NCBI GenBank assembly: GCA_963836675.1
Contig: CAWIKQ010000005.1
Location: 177,492-241,491 of the forward strand
Reading direction: 5' to 3'
DNA length: 64,000 nucleotides
Source: an uncultured Acidobacteriaceae bacterium
GTDB lineage: Bacteria > Acidobacteriota > Terriglobia > Terriglobales > Acidobacteriaceae
Shown piece after piece: positions 1 through 8,339 of the stretch (position 1 is the stretch's first letter; each line of letters begins with the position of its first letter). The notes beneath the pieces were generated by a model. It was not told where the DNA came from, searched no databases, and saw only the letters and a list, made by a program, of their open reading frames with translations. Position numbers and translations under genes: made by a program.

Positions 1-797
1 AACCGGCCAACAACTGCAGGTAGAAGTCGCACTGACGAATGTGCGAGCGCTCGTGCGCAAGCACAATTCGCAACTTTTCCGCATCCCAGGTTTCATAATC
101 GACCGGTAACAGGATTGCCGAGCCGATGGTCAGAGGCGACGATATCTCTGAGCTGGCGCGAAGAAATGGAAATTTCGAAGTGATTCTGACGAATTGGCGT
201 GGCATTCAGCCAGAGGCGAAGCGTGATCGCCAGCCCGAAAATGATTCTGAGCAGAAGCACCGCGGCCACAGCGAGGTAAATGGAGAGGGAAACTGACGAT
301 GCCGAGAGCAGGAAGCTGTTGGGCTGCGGCGATGGGTGCGCTGGTTCAACTACCAAAGACTTCCGGGTGAAAGAAATCTTCTGTTCCGGAGCAAGCGTTG
401 TGCCGGACAATTTCACATCTCGCGCATGAAAAGCGGACGCAGGACTGGCCGAATGACTCGAGGGCTTTTCTGTCGGCGCCGGATTGGGCGCCGGAAGTGG
501 CTCAGCAACGAGTTTGGGTACAGTCGCAGTCCCGCTCCTGGCCTGGAGTTTTGCCTGCAATTCTTGGAGCAAAGTCATGGAGTGCGCGGGAAGGATGATA
601 TTCGCGTTTCGCGGCTTGAGGCCGAATCGATCTGTGACCTGCATCAGGAGCGGCATCGCCAGGGCACCGATGAGCACAAGTCCTAATGCCGTCTTTTTAG
701 CGAAGACATTCCGGATCCGGAAGACGCGCAAACCGGCGGCAACGACCACGCCAATCAAAAATGAGCGAAATGCTGCATCGATCAAGACGGAAATCAT
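1..797 (-). pseudogene. BlaR1-like M56 peptidase/sensor, 5' part. It has an apparent +1 frameshift and runs off the window start.
   Basis: ORF 93..797 gives a TM-rich N-terminus. A second minus-strand frame, open from about 205 to nt 1, reads RASSEISSPLTIGSAILLPVDYETWDAEKLRIVLAHERSHIRQCDFYLQLLAG (HExxH zinc motif of M56). ATGA start/stop overlap at 794-797 with the upstream BlaI-family gene. Confidence 0.7.
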
Positions 798-1252
798 TGA
801 TCCTCCTCTGGAGACGAAGCGTTCTTCTGGGCAATAGCAATATGCTCGGCGAGACGCTGGAGTTCGGCTCGATCAAGTACCTTCGAATCGACCATGCCCA
901 CGAGCAGGGCTTCTACAGACCCATCGCAGAACCAATCGACGATCCGTTTGGCGGCACGGCCTGCTACTCGTTGCCGAGACTGAACCGGACGATAAATGAA
1001 TGCGCGATCGTCTAGCCTATGGACCAGATAGCCTTTCTCTTCGAGCCGCCGCAACACCGTGCGCACGGTGGAATCCTTGAGGGGCCTCTCCAGTTCTTCC
1101 CGAACCTGATCGGCGGTCACTGAGCCTAAACGCCAGACGATTAGGAGGACGGCGCGCTCAAGTTCGCCTAGCTCGCCGGGATCGTGAATCAAGTCTGGTG
1201 CTACGGTCCATAGTGTTACCGACTGTAACACATTGTGGCTCCGAAAAAGCAA
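794..1252 (-). CDS. BlaI/MecI/CopY-family winged-helix transcriptional repressor
   Basis: LERAVLLIVWRLGSVTADQVREELERPLKDSTVRTVLRRLEEKGYLVHRLDDRAFIYRP is typical of the family. It is translationally coupled to the M56 gene. The true start is probably downstream of the maximal ORF start. Confidence 0.85.
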   Translation of the reverse strand: MLFRSHNVLQSVTLWTVAPDLIHDPGELGELERAVLLIVWRLGSVTADQVREELERPLKDSTVRTVLRRLEEKGYLVHRLDDRAFIYRPVQSRQRVAGRAAKRIVDWFCDGSVEALLVGMVDSKVLDRAELQRLAEHIAIAQKNASSPEEDQ

Positions 1253-1449
1253 CCGAATTTTTCGAGTTCAGACGAAATGGCTGAATCGATCGATCTATCT
1301 CTTTCAGTTTCAGCAGCCCCAGCGAGTCGGTTCAATAGCTGGATCCGGCGCTGGTGTGAAGAGAAACTCGACGATTGCCGGCAAAGCTAGTCCAGGCAAA
1401 AGAAATGCCCGGCAGCAGCCGGGCATTTTGGTTGGGATGGAGGTTATGG

Positions 1450-1824
1450 CTAGAAGTGGGGCTGGTCATAGTCGCGATCGTGCTTCATGTGATCCATCGC
1501 TCGGCGATAGCCTTCTTTGAATCCGTCGCGGAAGTCGTGGCGAGCCTGTTCGCCCTCGACCGGCGGATGTTTATATGCGTCGTGATCATCCGCGTCGGCA
1601 TGGTGGTGATTGGTGTAGTCATATCTCGCAGCTTCCATGCCTTCGTGAAAGCCGCGGCGTTCGGCGTCCTGGTACTTGTCCGGCGGCCGATCCCAATCGT
1701 GATCACGGTCTTGATCTTGTGCGGCGCTGGGTGTAGGCTGCGCTTCGATAGAGCTCGCCTTCATCGCGGCTGGAGCCATAATACAGAGGGCAAGCGCGGG
1801 AATTGAAAACCACATTATCTTCAT
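1450..1824 (-). CDS. small secreted His/Asp-rich protein (hypothetical)
   Basis: N-terminal signal-like segment MKIMWFSIPALALCIMAPAAMKA. The mature part is rich in H, D and R, with an internal repeat (RRGFHEGMEAARYDY / RHDFRDGFKEGYRRAMDH). Confidence 0.55.
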   Translation of the reverse strand: MKIMWFSIPALALCIMAPAAMKASSIEAQPTPSAAQDQDRDHDWDRPPDKYQDAERRGFHEGMEAARYDYTNHHHADADDHDAYKHPPVEGEQARHDFRDGFKEGYRRAMDHMKHDRDYDQPHF

Positions 1825-2080
1825 AAAATAAAGATCCTCCGTTTGGATCTTGCTTTACGTTCAAAGCATAAAGATGAGGAGAGGATGGCAGACGTTGCCC
1901 CTTAAAAAGGTTGCCCGGTTTTGTGCTGGACGCCCTGACCAGCACGAAGCGTCTGGGAGAAGGCTTTGCCGGGTTTCGCATGGCTAGAGGAAACGAAAGT
2001 CAGGTTACCCATAGGGAGCCGGACTTGTTCGCCGATGGCTGAAGCGGGCGGCTTCTGGCCTATGATGGGGCAAAAGCCTC

Positions 2081-2665
2081 ATGAAACAGGTCGAGAGATG
2101 GGCGGGTTTCTTGCTCCGATCAGCCGCGTGCGCAGCGGTACTGGCGACGGCCATCTTTGCATGTTCTGCACAGACCCAGCAGGCGCATAAGAAGGCTGCA
2201 CCCAAGCCGGAGCTGACTTCAGCAGAGTTGTTCACCTTCGTTCGCGGGTCTTTGATGCAGTACAGCCCGGACGACGGCGTCAACGACAATCTTGAAGTCT
2301 CGATTGACCCCACCGCGACGGTGATCACCGTGAAGCAGCCGGACGGACATTGCGACATCTTTCTCGGCTCTCTCGATTCCAACACCATTACCTGGGATGT
2401 CTACGATGCAAGCGATTCGATGCAGACGCGGGCACCTCTCGCGCGTCTTACGGTGATTGCGGCTGCGGGTAAAAACGCTCGCACCTGCTACGACCCAGGA
2501 AACAATATCGACCCGTCAGCACCCGGGACTCGCGCACGCCTATTATTTTCGTGGGACCGAATTCCGGAAGGATCGGGATTTCAATCGAAGTTCACGAAAG
2601 CACTCAAAAGCCTGATCAAGCTGAGCGGCGGCACCGTTGAAAAAGATATCTTCAAGAACCAGTAG
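2081..2665 (+). CDS. hypothetical secreted protein
   Basis: Hydrophobic N-terminus ending AIFACSAQ (signal or lipobox-like). No recognisable domain. Confidence 0.5.
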   Translation: MKQVERWAGFLLRSAACAAVLATAIFACSAQTQQAHKKAAPKPELTSAELFTFVRGSLMQYSPDDGVNDNLEVSIDPTATVITVKQPDGHCDIFLGSLDSNTITWDVYDASDSMQTRAPLARLTVIAAAGKNARTCYDPGNNIDPSAPGTRARLLFSWDRIPEGSGFQSKFTKALKSLIKLSGGTVEKDIFKNQ

Positions 2666-3677
2666 ATGGGCGAAATGCCTGAAAAGCTAGAAAGCGATCG
2701 CCCGGTAACAGGTTGGTCGTCTTGACGGGGTTGTAGCCTGCCTCACGCAATTGGCTCACCAGTTCCTCTTCGGCCGGAAGCTTCCCCGCCCCGGCCGTGG
2801 CTGCTCCCCACAGATTCAGTGCTTCAGACCCGATGCTGCCGCCCTGACAGCAGGTAGTCAAAAGCAGAAATCCGCCGGGCTTGAGAAAGCTACCGATGCG
2901 TTCGAGGAGCGCGATGCGTTCTTCGACTGGGAAGTAGTAGAGGTTGTTGTAGAGCGTCGCGATGTCGAACAGCTCGCCGGCCGCTTTGGCTCGAAAGTCG
3001 CCATCTTCGATCTTGATCCGATCCTGAAGCCCCCAGGTGCGAATATTGGTGCGTGCCACTTCAGCAACCGCCGACTGAAGTTCTATCCCGGTGCCTGTCA
3101 GCGAGGGGTTTCTCAGGGCCGCGTATCGCAGATACACGCCGGAGCCGCACCCGATCTCGAGCAGACGAAGTGCGCCGGTTGATGGAAAGATGCTTAGAAT
3201 CACCTCGGCCTGAAAAGGTTCAATGATGCGAGAAGAGCGGGCGATGAGCCTGCCGTCCTGGTCGGCGAGGCTCCAGAGTGCGCCATCGCGGAGTTTCGGA
3301 AGCGTAGCGCCTATGAGCTTGTGATGGAGGCCTGCCACCTCCTGCACCATGGCCAGTGCGGCATCGTTTTCCGGGCGAGCAAGGATTTTAGCCAAGCCTC
3401 TAAGCCTGTATCCGTCGAATCCCAGAGTCAACAGGCGGAGACGCAACCCCATCTGCAGCCACGCCACAAGAGCTTCGCGGCCCTGACCGGTAGCGTCATA
3501 GAATCCGGAGAGATATTCCAGTGTGGCGGGGCCCGCCGCCAACTTGTCCAGCAGGCCGGACTCGCCAGCGGCAGCGAGAAAGGTGAGCTTGTAGAAGGGT
3601 TTGAGTTGAGACCCCACGCTCAGAAGTGCGGCGAGCCGCCCGTCACGCCAGAGACGGAAAAGTGGCTTGAAAGACAT
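2652..3677 (-). CDS. class I SAM-dependent (O-)methyltransferase
   Basis: SAM motif I LLEIGCGSGVYL, an acidic loop (IELQ), and an N-terminal helical/winged-helix-like region as in O-methyltransferases. Confidence 0.8.
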   Translation of the reverse strand: MSFKPLFRLWRDGRLAALLSVGSQLKPFYKLTFLAAAGESGLLDKLAAGPATLEYLSGFYDATGQGREALVAWLQMGLRLRLLTLGFDGYRLRGLAKILARPENDAALAMVQEVAGLHHKLIGATLPKLRDGALWSLADQDGRLIARSSRIIEPFQAEVILSIFPSTGALRLLEIGCGSGVYLRYAALRNPSLTGTGIELQSAVAEVARTNIRTWGLQDRIKIEDGDFRAKAAGELFDIATLYNNLYYFPVEERIALLERIGSFLKPGGFLLLTTCCQGGSIGSEALNLWGAATAGAGKLPAEEELVSQLREAGYNPVKTTNLLPGDRFLAFQAFRPSTGS

Positions 3678-3799
3678 CGTTCTTAATTATGGGTTACTCC
3701 GCCATGTTTTCCCGCTGAACATCCATCGTTGAACCGCAAAGCCAGAGCTGTGAAGGATGTCCGGCAGTGTGACAAGGCTGGGGACTGATGGATACACGA

Positions 3800-3826
3800 C
3801 CGCCTCCCATGCATATCGGGAGGCGG
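3800..3826 (-). terminator. stem-loop downstream of rplI (possible terminator)
   Basis: Perfect 9-bp stem ccgcctccc / gggaggcgg with a 9-nt loop, 22 nt past the rplI stop. There is no clear U-tract, so the call is weak. Confidence 0.35.
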
Positions 3827-3847
3827 ATTCGTCAGAAAGTTTCGTCT

Positions 3848-4339
3848 TCAGTCAGCTACAGCGGGCGTCGCAGCGGCTTCAGAGGGTTCCTGAGCAGCAT
3901 CGGCAGCCACATGCACGCGGAGGTGAGCGGTGACCTCGCGGTGCAGCTTGACAGAGATGGTGAAGTCTCCGAGGCTCTTGATCGGCTCGGAGAGTTGGAT
4001 CTTGCGGCGATCGACATCGAAACCCTTGGCCGCCAGTTCACCGGCGATATCGGCGGAGGTGACGGAGCCAAAAAGCTGGCCGTTTTCGCCGGACTTGCGG
4101 GTGAAGCTGAGGCTGACGGGCTCGAGTTTGGCAACGAGTTCCTGCGCCTGGGCCTTTTCCGTGGCAGAGCGGCGCGCGGCAGCGGCTTTCATCTGTTCAA
4201 TGACGGCCTTATTGGCCAGAGTCGCCTGCAAGGCCAGCTTGCGCGGCAGCAGGAAATTGCGGCCGTAGCCATCCGCCACTTTCACGACATCGCCGCGATG
4301 GCCAAGGTTGGCTACGTCTTCTTTCAGGATTACTTCCAT
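3848..4339 (-). CDS. rplI: 50S ribosomal protein L9
   Basis: MEVILKEDVANLGHRGDVVKVADGYGRNFLLPRKLA is the canonical L9 N-terminus. Position after rpsR. Confidence 0.95.
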   Translation of the reverse strand: MEVILKEDVANLGHRGDVVKVADGYGRNFLLPRKLALQATLANKAVIEQMKAAAARRSATEKAQAQELVAKLEPVSLSFTRKSGENGQLFGSVTSADIAGELAAKGFDVDRRKIQLSEPIKSLGDFTISVKLHREVTAHLRVHVAADAAQEPSEAAATPAVAD

Positions 4340-4523
4340 GTGAAACTCTCCAGATTTACGGACAGCTCGAAGTCTACTGTCCCTCCGTTTGGTTAGACAC
4401 GGGCGACTGATTTTCAGTTGCGCCGGGCCAGATTCTATCGCGACTCTTGCGCGGGCGTCGCCTGCTAAATTTTGAAAATACTACAACTAATGCGCCACAA
4501 ATAACCTGGGCGCAAGAGCACGA

Positions 4524-4886
4524 TTAGTGCCTGGTTGCAAAGGGAAGCAGGGCGATATTCCGAGCCTGCTTGATGGCCCGCGTGAGGCGGCGCTGATGCG
4601 TTGTGCAGACGCCGGTCAGACGGCGGGGCACAATCTTGCCACGCTCGGCCACAAACCCCTGCAGCAGACGGACATCCCGGTAGGGAATTGCGTCAATCTT
4701 CTCAGTACAGAACTTGCAGACCTTCTTGCGGCGGAAGAACTTGCCGCGACCGCCGGGGCCGCCGGGACCGCCCGGGCGTCCGCCGGGACGGCCGCCCGGG
4801 CCACCGGGACCGCCGCCCGGACCGCTTGCCGGTGCGCTCTGCGCCGGGCCTGCTTCGGGTGCTTTTACCTGGTTCTCATCAGACAT
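4524..4886 (-). CDS. rpsR: 30S ribosomal protein S18, with a Gly/Pro-rich N-terminal extension
   Basis: [60 protein letters not shown] is the S18 core. The first ~50 residues are GGPGGRPGG-type low complexity. Confidence 0.95.
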   Translation of the reverse strand: MSDENQVKAPEAGPAQSAPASGPGGGPGGPGGRPGGRPGGPGGPGGRGKFFRRKKVCKFCTEKIDAIPYRDVRLLQGFVAERGKIVPRRLTGVCTTHQRRLTRAIKQARNIALLPFATRH

Positions 4887-4986
4887 TTGGTTTCCTCTTT
4901 ATTCTTTTGGCTCTCTGCACTCAAAATCGGCGCAAAAAGGCAGTATCGGATCGCCGCTACCCTCCGGGTGCGACGGAAACTTGAGA

Positions 4987-5403
4987 CTATGCGCTGGCGG
5001 GAGCCGCTTCCGAGACCTCGGGGGCGGGAGCCGGTGCGTGAACAGCCGGCGCTTCCGCGCTGACCTTACGACGGGTACCGCGAAGGGCCTTCACCTTGGC
5101 AAGACGCTTTTCTTCCTCGTCCATGCGCACAGTGATGAACTTAATCACCGGCTCTGAGACGCGGAGACGGCGCTCAAGTTCCAGCACCACGGGGCCACCG
5201 GCCTCAATGGTCATCAGGATGTAATTGCCGTCGTTAAATTTACGGACAAGGTAGGCCAGCTTGCGGCGGCCCATCTTTTCGACGTTCTTCACCACGCCGC
5301 CACCGTTGGTGACGCTGGTAGTGAAGCCGGCGATCAGCTTGTCGACGTCTTCATCGACCGCATCGGGTCGAACAATGAACATTACCTCATACAAACGAGA
5401 CAT
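4987..5403 (-). CDS. rpsF: 30S ribosomal protein S6
   Basis: MSRLYEVMFIVRPD...GRRKLAYLV is the S6 signature. Ala/Pro-rich C-terminal tail. Confidence 0.95.
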   Translation of the reverse strand: MSRLYEVMFIVRPDAVDEDVDKLIAGFTTSVTNGGGVVKNVEKMGRRKLAYLVRKFNDGNYILMTIEAGGPVVLELERRLRVSEPVIKFITVRMDEEEKRLAKVKALRGTRRKVSAEAPAVHAPAPAPEVSEAAPASA

Positions 5404-5537
5404 CCGTTTTTCCTTTTCCGCCGGATCACCATGGCGCCGGCTACACAGTTCGTAGTTCAGAGTTCGTAGATCGCAGTGGGGATTCTGTTCCCTCGTCCCT
5501 GTTCCCTACTCCCTGCCTTTTCTTCCGCCGGGTTGTT

Positions 5538-6167
5538 TTACTCGCGGCGGTTAAACTCGTTCATCGCGGGGCCCGGTCCGTCCTGAATGATGCGCCGTGT
5601 GGCCGTTGCCACTCTGTCGAGCACCTCATCCAGCTTTCCCAGGTCCGCTTTGCGCATCGGCGACAGCAGGTAGTCCCTGCCTGGCCTTTTGACGCCCGCC
5701 TCTTTCGCTTCCGGCGGCAAGTCCAGCCCAACTCCAATCCGCAACCGCAACCATTCCTGACTGCTCAAAGCGCTGGTTACGCTGCGGGCTCCGTTATGTC
5801 CCGCGGGCGAACCCCGCTCCCTGATTTTGAATGTCCCCAGCACCAGGTCCAGCTCGTCATAAATAACGAGAAGATCTCGCGCCGGGTCCACCTTGAACTC
5901 CTGAATCAGAGCGGAAACTGCAGCTCCGCTGAGATTCATAAATGTCTCCGGCTTGGCCAGGACCACTTCACGCCCTGCGATACGACAGTTCGCGGTAACG
6001 GCCCGGCATCGCCGGTTCTGGACCACAACGCCCTCTTGTTCGGCGATGCGGTCAATTGCCATGAACCCCGCGTTATGCGGCGTCCATAAATACTCGAGTC
6101 CGGGATTGCCGAGCCCCACCACCAGGAAGGGCCCGCGCTGGATTTCGTTCTCGAGTTCTTCGACCAA
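5538..6167 (-). CDS. pth: peptidyl-tRNA hydrolase
   Basis: LVVGLGNPGLEYLWTPHNAGFMAIDRIA and GHNGARS motifs. Confidence 0.95.
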   Translation of the reverse strand: MVEELENEIQRGPFLVVGLGNPGLEYLWTPHNAGFMAIDRIAEQEGVVVQNRRCRAVTANCRIAGREVVLAKPETFMNLSGAAVSALIQEFKVDPARDLLVIYDELDLVLGTFKIRERGSPAGHNGARSVTSALSSQEWLRLRIGVGLDLPPEAKEAGVKRPGRDYLLSPMRKADLGKLDEVLDRVATATRRIIQDGPGPAMNEFNRRE

Positions 6168-6170
6168 TGC

Positions 6171-6893
6171 TTACTTCTTTGCCGGAGCGGCCTCTGCAGC
6201 CGGTTCGGTCTTGCCCTTCTTCGCCACTTCAGGTTCAGCAGGTGCGGCAGCGCCTTCGCCGGTCGCTGCTACTTCGCCCTCGGCAGGAGTTGCGGCCACC
6301 TCTTCGCGAATCGAGACAACGTGCGCCACGGTGGCATCTTCGCTCTTGAGGTACTTGATTTTGTCGGAGTGAGGAAGATCGCTGACACGCAGAACGCCAT
6401 GCATCGCGAGCCCCGTCACATCCACGTCGATGTGGTTCGGAATGTCAGCCGGCAAGCACTCGACTTCGACTTCACGGAGCACCTGGTCGAGAATTCCGCC
6501 TTCGTTCTTGACGCCAGCCGGAACGCCGAGCAACTTGACGCGAACGCTGACCTGCAGAAGCTTGTCGAGAGCAATGCGCTTCATGTCGATGTGGATCAGC
6601 TGGTCCTTGATGGGCTCGCGCTGCGAATCGACGATCATGGCTTTTGCCGCCGTGGAGCCAGAAACCTCCACATCGAAGATGGTGTTATGGCCGGTTTCAG
6701 AGAAGAGAATCCGGGTAATCTGCTTAGGATCGACTTCCACGGCGATGGCATCGTGACCAGCGCCGTACAGAACGGCGGGAATCTTTCCGGCCGCACGCAC
6801 GCGGCGCGCGGCATTTTTGTTGAACTTGCCCTCGCGGGGCTTGGCTAGGACTACTTCAGGCATTTCGAATCTCTCGTTTCCGTATTCGGGCAC
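6171..6893 (-). CDS. rplY: 50S ribosomal protein L25 / general stress protein Ctc
   Basis: GKFNKNAARRVRAAGKIPAVLYG N-terminal motif, two-domain length, Ala/Glu/Pro/Lys-rich tail. An internal Met at 6863 is an alternative start. Confidence 0.9.
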   Translation of the reverse strand: MPEYGNERFEMPEVVLAKPREGKFNKNAARRVRAAGKIPAVLYGAGHDAIAVEVDPKQITRILFSETGHNTIFDVEVSGSTAAKAMIVDSQREPIKDQLIHIDMKRIALDKLLQVSVRVKLLGVPAGVKNEGGILDQVLREVEVECLPADIPNHIDVDVTGLAMHGVLRVSDLPHSDKIKYLKSEDATVAHVVSIREEVAATPAEGEVAATGEGAAAPAEPEVAKKGKTEPAAEAAPAKK

Positions 6894-7008
6894 GGGGGAT
6901 GTGAGTCCGGCCGCTCCCTTTGCTGGGCAAGTTCACGATTCTCGAACGTATGTGACTTGCATGTTTTTCTCTCGTTGAAAGCTGAGAACTGAACCACGAT
7001 CTTTGAAC

Positions 7009-8151
7009 TCAGCTAAACAACGTACTGACACTGGTCTCGAGGTGAATATTCTCGATGGCTGCGGCAAGCAGGCCGGCAATCGAAAGCACCTTGATTTTGG
7101 GCAATTTCTGAGCAGCTTCGCGCAAAGGGATGGTGTCGGTTACCACCACCTGCTCCAACCGTGAAGCTGCAATGCGTTCAATCGCCGGGCCCGAAAGCAC
7201 GGCATGGCTGGCGCAGGCGTGCACACTCGCTGCACCATTGTTGTACAGTGCATCGACCGTCTTCACCAAAGTTCCGGCGGTGTCGATGATGTCGTCGATA
7301 ATGAGGCAGCTTTTTCCTTTGACGTCGCCTACGACGTTCATCACTTCAGCGACGTTTATGTCCGTGCGGCGCTTATCAACGATGGCCAGTGGCGCTCCCA
7401 TCTTCTGCGCGAAGTGGCGGGCGCGTTCCACGCCGCCGGCATCGGGAGAGACGACGATAAGGTTGGGAAGATTGAGCTCGCGGAAGTAGCTCACCAGCAC
7501 AGGACTTGAAAACATGTGATCGACCGGGATGTTGAAGAATCCCTGGATCTGGGCAGCATGCAGGTCGACGAACAAAGCGCGGTTGGCGCCTGCCGTGGTC
7601 AGCAGATCGGCAATGAGCTTGGCGCTGATGGCGACACGGGGACGGTCTTTGCGGTCCTGACGCGCGTACCCGTAGTACGGAACGACGGCTGTGATCCTGG
7701 CCGCTGAGGCCCGCTTGAGTGCGTCGATAATTACCAGCAACTCCATCAGGTGCTGATCCACCGGGTAGCAGGTGGGCTGCACGACAAACACGTCGACGCC
7801 GCGCACATTATCGAGCAACTGAAAGTAGACTTCGCCATCGGCAAAGCGCTGCAGCTTTGCTTCGCCGACCTTCACTCCGATATGCCGGGCGATCTCTTCG
7901 GCGAGCGGGCGATTGGCAGTACCGCTGAACAGCTTGAAGCGCCGGTCCTCGCTGAGATTGCGGGCGCGTTTGCGCTCCGGAGCGGGCTTCCCGCTTTGCG
8001 ACTTCGCATCCGCACCCGGAGGGGGTGTAGGCCCCTTACCCGCGCCGTCTTTGTTGTCGCTGGAACCGGGCTGCTGCTTGTCTTCCAGTGTTGCTGTCGT
8101 CGTTCCCACTTCCATCTCCAATACCTCCAAGCTGGTTGGCTTTGGCTGCAT
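7009..8151 (-). CDS. prs: ribose-phosphate pyrophosphokinase (PRPP synthetase) with an N-terminal low-complexity extension
   Basis: FKLFSGTANRPLAEEIARHIGV...RFADGEVYFQL, ARQDRK, and the PRPP loop LIIDDIIDTAGT. About 70 extra N-terminal residues. Confidence 0.9.
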   Translation of the reverse strand: MQPKPTSLEVLEMEVGTTTATLEDKQQPGSSDNKDGAGKGPTPPPGADAKSQSGKPAPERKRARNLSEDRRFKLFSGTANRPLAEEIARHIGVKVGEAKLQRFADGEVYFQLLDNVRGVDVFVVQPTCYPVDQHLMELLVIIDALKRASAARITAVVPYYGYARQDRKDRPRVAISAKLIADLLTTAGANRALFVDLHAAQIQGFFNIPVDHMFSSPVLVSYFRELNLPNLIVVSPDAGGVERARHFAQKMGAPLAIVDKRRTDINVAEVMNVVGDVKGKSCLIIDDIIDTAGTLVKTVDALYNNGAASVHACASHAVLSGPAIERIAASRLEQVVVTDTIPLREAAQKLPKIKVLSIAGLLAAAIENIHLETSVSTLFS

Positions 8152-8181
8152 TCAGTTTTTGCGGGAAGCAAGCGCGGGGTT

Positions 8182-8255
8182 TGGCTGGGCGACCTGGATT
8201 CGAACCAGGATAAATGCCTCCAAAGGGCATTGTCCTACCATTGAACGATCGCCCA
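8182..8255 (-). tRNA. tRNA-Gln (anticodon UUG)
   Basis: The reverse complement folds as a cloverleaf: TGGGCGA acceptor, anticodon arm ATGCC-CTTTGGA-GGCAT (TTG), T-arm GGTTCGAATCC, encoded CCA. Length 74 nt. Confidence 0.9.
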
Positions 8256-8339
8256 ATTACGCTCTTGCTTACCGCCGATTTTCAGCCGCTCGCGAGTCTC
8301 TACGACTCGGAGGAGGACTGTCAACCGTCTGCACAGGAA

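Noticed and set aside
4737-4850. Short GC-rich tandem repeats that might look like a repeat array
   Set aside because: They are in frame inside rpsR and encode GGPGGRPGG low complexity. There are no spacers and no CRISPR-like architecture. I saw no CRISPR array anywhere in the window.
4887-4986. Absence of ssb between rpsF and rpsR
   Set aside because: This is a common natural variation of the rpsF-(ssb)-rpsR-rplI cluster. The 100-nt spacer shows no ssb remnant.
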